Shown piece after piece: positions 36,901-48,900 of a DNA stretch of 64,000 nucleotides (its first letter is position 1; each line of letters starts with the position of its first letter). This DNA is from Monocercomonoides exilis PA203 (lineage: Eukaryota > Protista > Preaxostyla). A model generated the notes under the pieces. The model was not told the origin of the DNA. It saw nothing but the letters and a program-made list of their open reading frames with translations, and made no database searches. The DNA lies in contig LSRY02000064.1 in the NCBI GenBank assembly GCA_001643675.2, forward strand, positions 310,001 through 374,000, in the 5' to 3' direction. The position numbers and the translations under genes are program-made.

Positions 36901-39443
36901 GACTGGGACTGATAAGTGATGAAAATGTGCTGTTTTGACGAATTCGATGTGAAGGGGGCTCTTAACTAAAAATAAAAGTGAATAAAAAATGTCATAAAAT
37001 TTTTCATCTTTTCTAATTTAAAAACGTGCAAACGAATTTGAAAAGCTCAGCTTTTGAAGTGAAGTGAATGAAGGCAACGCCATTGTTCTTCTTCTTCTTC
37101 TTCGCAGAATGAGTCTTATTTTGCGTTGAACGATAGGAAAGAATGTTGTTCTCTTTTGAGTTGAATCCTTCGCTTTCTTCGCTTTCTTCGTTGTTTTCAT
37201 TATCTTCTTCTTCTCCTCCTCCTTCCTCTTCAAACATTTTGTTACTAAAAGAGATATCACTTGGATAGAATGCTTTTCTTCTCCTTTCTCTCTCCTCATC
37301 ATTCTTTTGAGCATATCTTTCGTTATAACCTCTTCTCGTTGAATTAATCGCTTCCTCGTATTTTTGTACAATTTCTTCTTCTTCCTCTTCTTCCTCTTCT
37401 TTTCCTTTTCCTTCTTCTTCTTTCTCGTTTTCTCTTCTCCCCTTCGCCATCTTCCTCTCTTCTTCTTTCCTTCTCCTCTCTTCTTCCTCCACAAGCCCTG
37501 CAAATATCCCTCTTCCATTCTTCAGCAGCTTCTTCACTTCGCTTCTGAGCCTGCGCAGAGGGTGAAGGGGATTCAGATGGTGTGCTGCCGGCAGAAGAAC
37601 AGAAATGTCACACGGAAGAAGAGGAGAAGACGAAGAAAGGGGAATAAACACGATGGCAGTGAGCGGGAAGTCTTTGGAGGTTGAGGTGGAATTGGAGGGA
37701 TAAAAAGTTGAGGAGGAGGAGGAGGAAGGAGAAAAAGAAAGAGAAGGAGAAGAAGAAGAAGCAATAGATGGAGTATGGAGAGGAGAAGGATGCAAAGAAG
37801 AAGACAGAAATTTTGCGTTGTGTGGAAGAAGTGACGATTTCAACGAAGCAGTTGGAGAAGAAAAAATTGAAGATGAAGTTGTAAAAGCAGGGAATATTGT
37901 GTTTGACGAAAAACGAGATGAAGATAAAGGAAGAGAAGAAGAAGAAGAAGACAAAGGGAGGAATGAAGAATCACCAGTTGTTATTGAAGAAGGAGCATCA
38001 AAAGATGAATTAGAAATTGATGGATGAGACGTACAATGTTCGCAAATACGAATTTGATTCGAAGCAACAGAAGATGAAGGCGTTTCCAATGAAGTGATAT
38101 CATCCGAATGTGAAAGCGAATTATTAGCAAAATTCCCTCCCTTTCCAGGAATCTCTGTGTTTTCTAGTTGACTGCCTGCAGAAGAGCACGAAGTGACGAC
38201 AGCCGAAGAAACATCAGAAAAAGGCGCATGGAGCGACGCCAAAGTCGGCTTCAGCTGCTCGCTGCACTCGGCAAACACGGCCAACTGCGGAAATTCGGCG
38301 TCTTCGGTTTGTGGGACAACCATAACGGCCACTCTGTCCTTCGTTTTCCGGCAGTCGCTCGGCAAAAACCGGATTCCCTCCTGTTTTTGGCTTCGGTCCC
38401 ACCATTTTCCGGCTTTCTTCTTCGTCTGCCGAATAAATGACGGGTCGAAGTATTCCTTCGGCTTGTTGTGGCTGCTGTTTCCGCTTTTGATTTCTGTCAG
38501 TTTCATCATAATCAGCAGCAATGTCTGCAGTTCATGAACAATCTCTTCGATTTGCCCTCGCGCCTTTTCTCTTTCAACCCACTCTTTCCACTCTTTGTCT
38601 CCGACGCGAGGTGTCACAATCACACGCACATCGCTTGGCAGGTTCAGTGCCTGTCTCACTCCTTTGCTTGTCAAATTCTTCGGTATTTGACTCAGCTCGA
38701 GAACACAATTTCCAGATCTTTCATTTGAAATCTCGTTTTCGCATTCTTTCTCGATTGTCCGAGACTTATCGACAAGCTGGTGAGTTGCTTCGCTCATGGT
38801 GAAGTGTAACATTGCCCAAAGAAATAAAAGTGAAAGTGTTAAGCCTCTTGTCAGTGATCGTTCATTAATGTTTGATATTGTTGTTTTGTCTAATCCTTTC
38901 AAATCATTTCCTCCATTCATGCAAAATGGAATAACAAATACCAAACACCAAAAGCATGTTACAGCCTTTTGAAGACATTTGAATCAATGAAGATAATAAA
39001 AGAATTTATAAATACATTACCAATAAGCATATTGCAACTTTCAATAGCTCAAAATACAAAATATAGTTCATTCCAAATACTTTGTAAATTGTCGCTTCAT
39101 CAAACTGAAAAAACGCCTTTAGAGTTGCGTAAATTGAATTTTGAGGAATCAACTTTGTTGGATGAAATCTAAAATTTCGAAAGAGATAAAGTGATTTTAT
39201 AAACAATGCAGTGATGCTAATTCCAGCAAAAATAGATAAATCTTTTGAATTTTTTATTTGGAACATTGTGATAACATGTCATTTCTATTTTGATTGTTAC
39301 GAAAGAAAAAGCCTAAATTCATACTCAAAACAACGTTTGAAATAATAGACCAGTCACCCGACACATATTGAGACAAAAAGGATTTTCCATCTGTCATTAA
39401 ACTCAAAATAATCTAAGCTTGCTGCAAATGCTGTAAACTCCAT
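33961..39443 (-). CDS. OSCA/TMEM63 (CSC1-like) mechanosensitive channel homologue, multi-exon, with large low-complexity insertions
   Basis: Family motifs occur in order across ORF pieces: VFGMNYILYFELLK (GxDAxxFLRFL region), VIPFCMNGGNDLKGLDKTTISNI, VLELSQIP, GVAFIHFTS, CPPEASMIKWSQ (APEPxDIxWxN, ~36710-36745), FVLCFVWNIPVVALSQL, HAPILSFLSLFFCIVRFFVDRYILF. The start ATG at 39443 and several exon boundaries are tentative. Confidence 0.7.
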
Positions 39444-39594
39444 TTACTAAATTATTAATATTATTCATAATGTTGGTTTTAGAGTTGATCGTATTTATTT
39501 TTTTCCAGAAAAAATACGAGCAATAATACTCAAAGTTTGTTCTTTAAAAAAGTCATGCATATAAAAATAGAAAAATGTCAAATTGCTAAAAACT

Positions 39595-40131
39595 TTAAAT
39601 TTCTTTGAATGACATAATTTGTTCAATTCCCATAGCTTTGATTGTGCTAACAAGAAGGTCCTTTCCATCATCAAATGCTTGTTTAAGGTTTTCTCCAACT
39701 TCTCCTTCTGGAAGTTTAAGATCTTCTCTGGTTGCTCCTGATTCAAGCATGAGGGAAACGAATCCATCATCTTGAACATCAACCAACGAATATTCAGCTC
39801 TTTCAATGTCTGGAACTGGAACATTGTGGGAAGTTGGATGAAGTTCTTCGTATTTCTTTCCATTGAAGATATCAATGGCAACAATATGCATTTTAGCATG
39901 ACCATGCTTTCCAGTTTTTGAGGTGCTTGTTTCAACAACTTTTGCTGGGCGACCTATAAGCAATTGTTAACAACAAAAATGTGAGGTTAATCATCTTACG
40001 AATAGAGCAAAGTTAATACCTTTCATTGCAATATATCCACCCTTTTTGATATCACCAGCAGCCATTGGATGGCAATGGGAAGCTTCTGCATCTCCTGCAT
40101 CGAAATCATCATCTTCATAATCATCTGCCAT
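39595..40131 (-). CDS. EIF5A: Translation factor eIF5A (156 aa)
   Basis: Exon 1 (40020-40131) MADDYEDDDFDAGDAEASHCHPMAAGDIKKGGYIAMK, intron 39954-40019, then exon 2 with the hypusination motif STSKTGKHGHAK. Confidence 0.97.
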
Positions 40132-41380
40132 TGTAGCGTATCGCTTGATAATTTAAATGTTAAAAATTAATTACAATAACTGTACATACTGGTTCTTTTC
40201 TCCTTTACAAACCAACTTCAGATCAACAAGTATCGGAAATTCATTATATACTATTTTTAGATTTTTTGATCAAAGAATTTTTTTGGAAATAATCTCATTC
40301 TTTGAATATAATTTCATGCAAATCTTATGAAACTTATTTCAAGTTCGTTTCTTTTTATATGAGAATCTCACATTTTTGGATTTTTTTTTGTTTGAAATTT
40401 TAATCTGTTCTATTCATTTAATCAAAGATTCATGAAACAAGATTGAAAATATTGATACAAATATTTTTAAGATAAAAAATAAAACTATTAATATTTTGTT
40501 TTTACTCAAAAAAACAACAAAGTTAAAAATTGAAAAATAAAAAACTATTTTCTTTTAAATTTTACAAAAAATCTTCAAATTAAAACAAGTAAAATAAGTT
40601 TAATCTTTGAAAAATAAATATCATACAACGAAAATAAGTGTCACATTTATTTTTATTTAATTGCAAAAATACAATTTTTCATTTTTAACTTGTCAGAAAA
40701 TTCAACATCTATTTTTCGAAATTGTTCAACTTTCAATTCGATACTAGAAAAATTGAGTTTTAATAAACAAATATTTTTTCCTGAATAATTGGTTTTTGGC
40801 TGCGTGTTAAAAAGTGATGAAAATATTTCATCAACTCAATGTTTGTAAAGGAAAAGAAAAATTGAACCTCTGTTTTAATTATTTGTGAAATTTCATGAAC
40901 ATTTTTGATTATTTTTTTAAAAAAAATCATCACAGAAAACATAAGAATTTTCAAATGAATTCACCTCCCATTGTTAAAATAATGCATTGGTATATTAACA
41001 AAAATTGTTAATATTGTTATTAATTAAGATAAGCAATGTTGAACAAATAAAGAATTCCGAAAGTGCATTTATTCATTTTTTCAATTGAGAAAATCGTTTG
41101 TTTTCAACATCTTGAATAAATATAATTCATTTTTCTTGATTGAATAATGCAATATGAAACAATGTGAAACAATTTTATTTGAATATTATCAGATTTCAAT
41201 CATGATAATATTATTAAAGCGGAAATTCTAATGATAATTCCAAATAGTTTTAATATGAATTCACTTTTCCATCATTTTCACGTATAATTGCATAATATGT
41301 TATTTTCAATAATTTCTGACATTCAGCTGAAGGCAAATTTTTCACAAAAATTTTGTAAAATTATTCTGTTTTATTCACTT

Positions 41381-41846
41381 GGGTGATTATTTTTGTAATC
41401 ATAACTATTTTCGGGATGTCATATTTTCATTTTCATTTGTCGTTGGGAAGAGATTATGTATTCTGTTTGAGAATTTTTTTATCAACTGTTTAAAAACAAA
41501 TGTTAAAGATGAAATAAATATTTTGATAATGTTTTTTTAGCCTTTTCTCTTTTAAATGTTCTTTTGTTTGTATGGCTGATCCTTTTTGAAATCAAACTTT
41601 CGTTCGAGTTTTGATCGAAAATTTCTTCTCAACGGGATTTGTGTCAAAATTTGTTTTTGGAATAGCAATTTCATAAGCAATAAGTGTTCCCTGTTTCAAC
41701 TCATTTTTTTCAAAATCCCATTGAAAGCAAAATTTTGTTCAAAACTTAAACGAAATTGTGATTTCAAAAAGAATCAGCCATGTCAAGGAGAAATATTCAA
41801 ACTGAAAATTTAATTAGAAATAAAATGACATCAAAAATAATCTCCT
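41381..41846. mobile_element. MITE family A copy 2, interrupted by a nested family B element
   Basis: The start GGGTGATTATTTTTGTAATCATAACTATTTTCGGG aligns with 3637. After removing 41574-41781, the remainder (~258 bp) aligns with the end of 3637-3891. Confidence 0.65.
41574..41779. mobile_element. MITE family B copy 2 (nested)
   Basis: AT|GGCTGATCCTTTTTGAAATCA...TGATTTCAAAAAGAATCAGCC|AT; homologous to 4832-5038. Confidence 0.8.
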
Positions 41847-42097
41847 ATTTCGAATAATAAGTTATTCAATTTTCATAAATTTGTTTTCCAAAATTGAATA
41901 ATAAATTGTGAATGGTGAATTGGAGCAGAATGACATCAACAAATACAATTTTAATTTTCATCTGAGTACTTTACATATCTGTGTATTCAGAAAATAATTG
42001 ACATTGATCCCATCTTCTGATGAAAAATTGGAATCAACCAAAAATCATCACAATAAGTTTTAAAATTTCCCGTTAAATAACGAAACAAACAAAATAT

Positions 42098-42364
42098 GGG
42101 GGAAAATATTTCACTTCATGCATTTTCATAGAAATATTATGCACTTTTCATTGACTTTTTGAGATCAAAAAACACAATAAAAATAAGTTCGTTTTTGACA
42201 CTCGTTAAATATCACAATTCTTTATGTTTTGACTTCAATGACACCTATTTACGGATATGAAAATCAAATTTGTATTGAAATCTGAGAAAGTGAAATAAAG
42301 TTATGAGTTAAGCAATTTTTTTGTGCTTTGTGCAAAAAAAGCTTGAAAGTTCGTATTTTCCCCC
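42098..42364. mobile_element. MITE family C copy 3
   Basis: AT|GGGGGAAAATA...TATTTTCCCCC|AT, a perfect 11-bp TIR. The interior is homologous to 5077-5343 and 5462-5729. Confidence 0.8.
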
Positions 42365-42654
42365 ATATGATCAAAATATTATCAAAACTATTTCTTCAAA
42401 ATCATGTGAAATTTTTTTTTTTATTTTATCTTTTAAAGTCTAATGTTTACCAAGGGAAAAAATTATTTATTTTTCAATCAGACTATTTTATTCATACCTC
42501 AAAAGTCATCAAGTGCCTTAAGACTTTCAAACAAATCAACAATAAATCAAAAAAAAATCAAAAATCATTCGAAGACTTTTCCTCCTGAAATAAAAATTAT
42601 AATCAATAATCCAAATAAATACAAAAAGACTATTTCAAACAAGAAATAAATTAG

Positions 42655-42662
42655 AAAAAAAA
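42655..42662 (-). terminator. RNA Pol III oligo-T terminator of the 5S gene
   Basis: T8 on the minus strand at the 5S 3' end. Confidence 0.8.
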
Positions 42663-42778
42663 GCTACAGCACTGGGTTTTTCCAGGCGGTCACCCATCCA
42701 AGTACTAACCCAGCGTTGGCCGCTTAACTTCGGAGGTCTGAAGGGATCCGGTGCGTATGACCAACTATGGCCGTAGCT
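42660..42778 (-). rRNA. 5S ribosomal RNA
   Basis: Minus strand reads AGCTACGGCCATAGTTGG...CCGAAGTTAAGC...GGTTAGTACTTGGATGGGTGACCGCCTGGAAAAACCCAGTGCTGTAGCTT. Terminal stem AGCTACGGC/GCTGTAGCT, box A (AGTTAAGC) and box C (TGGATGGGTGACCG) are present; ~119 nt. Confidence 0.97.
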
Positions 42779-42802
42779 CACGCACACTTCCTCAACCATC
42801 CC

Positions 42803-42809
42803 TTTTATA
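42803..42809 (-). promoter_or_regulatory. TATA box upstream of the 5S gene
   Basis: TATAAAA at -31 to -25 relative to the predicted 5S start, in an otherwise purine-rich leader. Confidence 0.6.
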
Positions 42810-43049
42810 ATCTTTCCCAATTATCCTTCTTTTTCTATTCTTTTCAATTCTTTTCCCATCATCACAATAACTTTCCCAATCATCATCTTTTTCTTTTCTT
42901 CTTTCTCTTCATTTTCAACTTTAGCTTTCTTCCTCACTTTCAAAAATTCATTCATTCATGCACTTCCTCTTTCTGACTTTTTGACTTTCTTTCTATCTCA
43001 ACCTCAACCTCAATCTCTCTCTTTCTCTAACTCTGCATTAAAAGACAGT

Positions 43050-45800
43050 GCAGAAAAGGAAAGCAGCTGATCGATAACCAACAGAAAATGCAGCTGAAGA
43101 ATTTGAAGAAAAAGTGCCAGACACTTCGCACATCTCTTATCTCATTCGGTGAATGATGCATACATCAGCAAGCAGATAGATAAATAGATGCTTTCCATCG
43201 TCTCTTTCTGCACACATGCCTGGCTCTGACCAGGCGCCCTCAACGTATTGCATCAGAGACATCATCTTCATTTATTTTTTGTTAAAAGCAAAAACAGCCA
43301 TGCTTTGAGAATCTTGTTCGTTTCAACCTGCTTCATCCTTCTTTTGCTTTTGACTGAATGAATTTCTTTGAATGCTGCTCATCTTGCTTGATATTGCAAT
43401 TATATCCACACTTTCAATCGTATGCGCCACAGGAACGAAGGCAGCAGTTTAATGCTAACACGTTATTCATTGTTCTCTTTCCTTGTTGAAAGAAACAGAG
43501 ATGCACATAACTGCAAGTATTCCATTTTCTACTGCTTTTTGAAGTCTGTCTGAAATGGTCAATGCCAAGATTGATTGAAAAAGAAAAACAGATAAACAGA
43601 AAGACAGACCTGCAAACAACATGATAAGAGGCACAGAAGAGAAGTAGATGGAGAAATAAATTCTTCATCTCTCTTTTCCACATTCAAATGACTTTAAATT
43701 ATAATGTTCAATGCTCAATAAAATGCTGATAGAGTCGCCATATCAGGAATCTGTTTGAAGAAGGTTCGCAGACAATCATATTTTCCTTCTCATCAACCAA
43801 TAAAAATCTGAGTGTTCTGAAATCGCCAAAGGGAGCGAAAAGAAACAAGGCAGTCAGCAAATACTGATACTGAAGAAGAAAAATAATCGACAACGATTGT
43901 AGAATAGTAACAATAAATAAGATAAATATCTTTCATTCACTTTGGAAGAATAAATGTTGATGAAATCGGAATTATGATAATCTCATGCTTCAATATCCTT
44001 TGTTCATTCAAATATTCGTTTCTATTCATTCCTAATGTTCCCCTTGATGTATTACGGCAGAGCCCTTACCACTGTCTTGCTTATCGATATTCCTTCCTCT
44101 TTGCACATGTTATATGCATGTCCAAAACTCTGAGACAAGCTATGTGAGCAATCTTTCTCTTCAACATGAACATAAATTTCATCATTTTTGCTTTGGAAGG
44201 TTTCCTTTCAAAACATGCATCTCACTGCATTCTCGTTTGTAACAAAATGTCTTCCTTGTCCAGATTAATTTTTTTGAGCGTCAATTGCTATTAGCTCATT
44301 GGAGCCGTTCATCCATCTAAAGATAGACTAACTGGCCCATCTGTCTGCTCTTCTCCATCGGCGCCAACAGTATAAGTATTGAAACTGTATTTGATGATGA
44401 AGGCGATCAAAAGATTGAAGCATCTTCCGTTGAAAAAACTCAGTTGCCATCCAATCCCTGACTGAAGAATCTGAAATAAGACTGTCAAATGGAAACATCC
44501 CTGCCAAAGCAATCGCTCAATAGCAAAATGCTCTCCAATTCAAAGAAATAAACTTATTCATAGAAAATCAATAAACAAATCAGTCAAACTGCATTTTCCT
44601 TCAGTTATTGAAACAAATTGTTTTTGCCTTCGGCAACTGATTCATATCACAAAGAATGGAATTGACCTTTAAAAAATATTCAATTTGCTCACATTTGTCT
44701 GTTTAATTGGAAAACATTGCTTTCATGAGTATCTTCTTTTGTTGAACATCAAACATGCAATGTTTAATGCTCATTTCTGAAAGCAGATTTTCTTTCAAAA
44801 ATAAAGAAAAAGAAAGAAAAATATATAAAGATAGATACTCTTCAGAAAATATTCCATACATATGCTTGTTCATTTTTGTCCAGTCTCAATTTCCCGAATT
44901 CCCCTTTCTTTCGTGCAGAACAACAAACAAACAAAAATGGCTTTTGTTTTCCAATAGCTTCCAATTCCACAAGCAGAACCTTCCACAAGTACCTCAAAAT
45001 ACACAATAAATGCAACATAACAAAAGCGGAGCTTGTTTCCTTGGCAGATTCAGATACATGAAAAATCGTTTGAGATGCAATTCCTGGTGAAGCAGGGGAT
45101 GTGCCAGAAATACAGAAACAAGGACATTGATAGAAAGAATGGCTTGAAATTGTCACAAAACACTAGAACATCTGCAAGTGTATGTTAGCCTCAGAAACTC
45201 ATATTTATGTGATTGAGGAAATAATTAAGGGCCAAATATTGAAAACAAAAATTCTTGTTTTTGCTTCAGAAAAGCAGAGACACTGGAATTTTCCTCATGT
45301 TGCATTTTATAAATGCTTTGTTCTTTGCATGAAGAAGCAAAGGAATCGACTCATCGAAAAGCGTCACTCTTTCTTGCATATTTCATTTATTCTGCTATTC
45401 TTCCATCCTCCGATAATTTCACTGCATCAGGATCATCTCCCAAAATTCTATCCACATTTGATGAACGCATATTTTCGGATGTCATGCAGTATTTCAACTG
45501 AAAGAGACGTGTGTGAAAAACAAAATGCCAATTGATTTTAAAGATAATATTTCAATTCGTTCGTTTCAGTTGAAGAACCCCACCCAAAACAGCAAGTGCG
45601 CGAATTCAAGACAATATTCCACAAAGTCTTGCATATATGTTTCTTTTCAACCTTTTTTTCTGTTTCTTTTTGAACTGTGTTGTTGAAATGAGAAACTGAT
45701 AATGCAAAGAATTGGGAGATCTGCTTATCTCTTCAGTCCGCTCTGCGATCATTTGTGAAAAATGGAATACCCAATTTATTGTGCTATTTGGCATGAAGTC
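43050..45800. pseudogene. Probable decayed gene remnants (unidentified)
   Basis: Composition is coding-like and less AT-rich than the MITE islands, but only short broken ORFs are present and I recognise no domain. Confidence 0.25.
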
Positions 45801-45914
45801 TATTTTGAGATCATGTTTCTTTCAAAAAAAGAATCATGAATAGATCAAAAACTCCCATATGGACGAGAAAAAAGGATTCCTGAGGGAAAAGAAGACGTTT
45901 TATCCCTTTGCAGA

Positions 45915-48900
45915 ATGGGCCCACATCCACAAAAAATATTGACGTTTGTCCTTTTGATTTCTTCGATTGTGAGTTGCAGTGCAGCGGGTGATCAGGAGCA
46001 GTTTGTGGGATACAAACATGAAAAAGCAGAAACAAGAGCAGAAAAAGGAAAAGTGAGGAGATCCAAGAACCAGCCATGTTTGCTCAGAAATGAAATTGTG
46101 AGTGATTGGCACACAAAATATAAGGAAGGAGGAGAGGAGAAGAAGAAGATGCACTCGAGCGTTTCTGAATGGATTAATGGATTTGGCAACAGCAAAGAGG
46201 CAAAAGGACAGAGCCAAAGAAATGAAAAGCAAAAAGAAGGAAATTCGCAACAAAGTGGAAATTTATATTCACTTTGCACAATAGGTTGTTTTCAGAGCCA
46301 TTTTCTTCTTCTGAATTCCACACTTCTTCTGTTGTCTATTCAGCTGAATTCTCCAGGAGAAGAGGCAATGGTCTCAATTGGAGGAAAATCAGTTTTATTT
46401 TTTGAAGACTGCGAGATACGTTATGAGGACGAGTCAAAGAGATCTCCGATCGAACTGCACACTGGCTCAGCAAGCTTTGTGAACATATCGCTTATTATTG
46501 AAGGGCAAACGCCACTCTTCCATTCTCTTGCCTTTTCACCAAACGATATTTCTGTTGGCAGGACCAGAGCTGTGTCAATGATCCACTCAACATTTTCATC
46601 TGTGTTGCTTTCACCAACCCCATTTTTGTGCAACGGGCCTTTATCGAGCATCTCGCTATTCAAGTGCACTTTCTCAAACATCACCAAAGCTACACCAGCA
46701 AAATCATCAAGAGGATCTGAGAATGATTGTTTCACAAAAATTGATAGCTGCTCATTTGTTTCCGTGGAGGATGCGATTTATGGGGGAGTTGTGGATTCGA
46801 TGTATTGCCCTCTGTCTTCGCTTCTTTCTGTGAATAATTCATATATCAGGTGCAATCGTCTGAGATTCACAGAAAACGAAGGAAGGAGGCAGATGGGAAG
46901 GCAAGTGCTCGGAAATGGGACACACACATTTGAGAGCTGCGAGTGGAGTGGATGCAATGCCACAAACGGAGCAGCAATATATTTGTATGATCAGCCTCAA
47001 GCATCTCTGAACATTTCGAATTGTATTTTCGACAAATGCACAGGAAACGAATCATTCGGTGGAGCTATTTCTACATGCAATATCTTAGGTTTAGTAATTG
47101 TGAAAAGCAATTTCACAGAATGCAAAATAGAAAAAGAAGGGGGAGGTGCAATTTATGCTGTTGTTGTGTCAACATTTTCGAGATTATTTTCTTTGCATTT
47201 CTTGAAATGCATTTGTGAAGGACATGGAGCAGGATTCTTTTTTGACAAGTTCAACATCAGTAGGGGAAATGATACAACCTCTGGAGCAATAGTGGAATGC
47301 ACTTTTGACAGTAATGATGCAGGAAGAGGGTGGGGTGGAGCCTTTCGAATTGATTATTCACCAAAAGGTTTCTCTGTAAGATCCTGCAATTATTTGAGAT
47401 GTGTTGGAGGAAAGGCTGGAGGAGCAATAACAATGGAACAACTTGAGTTTCATGATCAGAATCCAAGTTTGATATGGTTCTGTATGCTTCATGAATGCTT
47501 CACAAGAGATGCTGAACTTGATGATTATAAGGGTCATGATGCTTATTTTTTTGATCCTTTATCCAAACGACTTTTTCAGACACCATTTGTTGAGTCATAC
47601 ACAACAAATTTAAAACAGTATCGAGTCACTTACAACAATAATAGCTGGAATTATCCTGATGAATGGATACCAATTGGGATTCATATCAACCCATGCTTCA
47701 TTGGAGTCACAGGCAATGATAATGAAGATCTTTGTGGATTAGAGGAAAGTCTGCCATGTAAGACACTTTTTCACTCAGTTGAGAAAAGCAACAGACAATG
47801 TTCATACGGAATTGTATTATTGGAAGGGAATCACATTTCTGAAAGAGAAAGTCTAAACATTAGGGAAAAAGAGATATTGCTCAGGGGAACAAGCAGAAAT
47901 CGCACTGTTCTTCACTCTTCTGGAATTGCATCTCCGGATTCTTTGCTGTTTTCTGTGTCAACAGGCTCACTTTTGTTGGAGTCATTCACCATCCTGCACA
48001 ACCATCAGTCGCCATCGATGCGAATACTGGTGATGATCTCGTCAGAGGGGGAGTGTGGGTTGGATGATATGTGTGTGTATTCTCCTGAGTCGCAAACTCA
48101 AGTCGAGTTTGAGTGCTCGATGTTTGAGGTTGATCTGGGGCGTTTCTGGGTGAGAAACAGCCGGATTGAGAGATTCAAACTGTCTTCGGTGCTAATTGCT
48201 GATACGCTGCGCTCAGCATCAACAATGGTGCTATTTGGGAATGTGACATTTGGTTGGATTGAGAGGGTATCAGGAGGAGGGAGTGTTGTGAACATGAAGA
48301 TTGGTGATGGGGAAGGGGTTCGTGTGGAGAATGTGAGTGTGAATAACTGTTCGAGCGTGGGAGGAGATGGAGGTGGGATGAGGATAGAGATAGGAGATGG
48401 AGGATGGATGAGGCTTGGGGAAGAGAGGAGTGGAACAGAGATTTGTGGGTGTCTGGCAGAGGATGGGAGAGGCGGGGGGATAGCAGTGGTGATGGAGAAT
48501 GCATTCTCATCGATGGTGCTGGAGAATGTTGTGTTCAGAGAGAACAGAGCCGTTTCAGGGAGAAATGTGTTTGTGATATCCCCGGATCTGGGGGTGAGTG
48601 TGTCGAGGGAATCATTCAAGTTCTTTTCAGGAGAAGCGCCATTTGGGGCAGAAGATGCAGCTGGGGTGGAAGTGGAGGCTCCTTTGGTGGTAATTCCGCT
48701 GGTATATTATCTGATGGAGAGGGAGGGGAATGTGAGTGTTGGAAGTGGTGGTGTGGATGTGGATGTGTGTGGGTTTGGAGCGTATCCATGCCGGACAGTG
48801 GGATATGGGGTGAGGCATCGGCAGCAAGAAGGAGGAGTGAGGCAGGTTGTGGTGCTTTCACCGTTCAAGCTGGAGGAGAGCATTGTAATGGGAGAGGATG

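Noticed and set aside
42660-42778. 5S-derived SINE (SINE3)
   Set aside because: Full-length 5S with an intact terminal stem, ending directly in a T8 terminator with no body or tail.
1-42778. Functional link between RPC5 and the Pol III-transcribed 5S gene
   Set aside because: They are ~42 kb apart with unrelated genes between; no evidence beyond coincidence.
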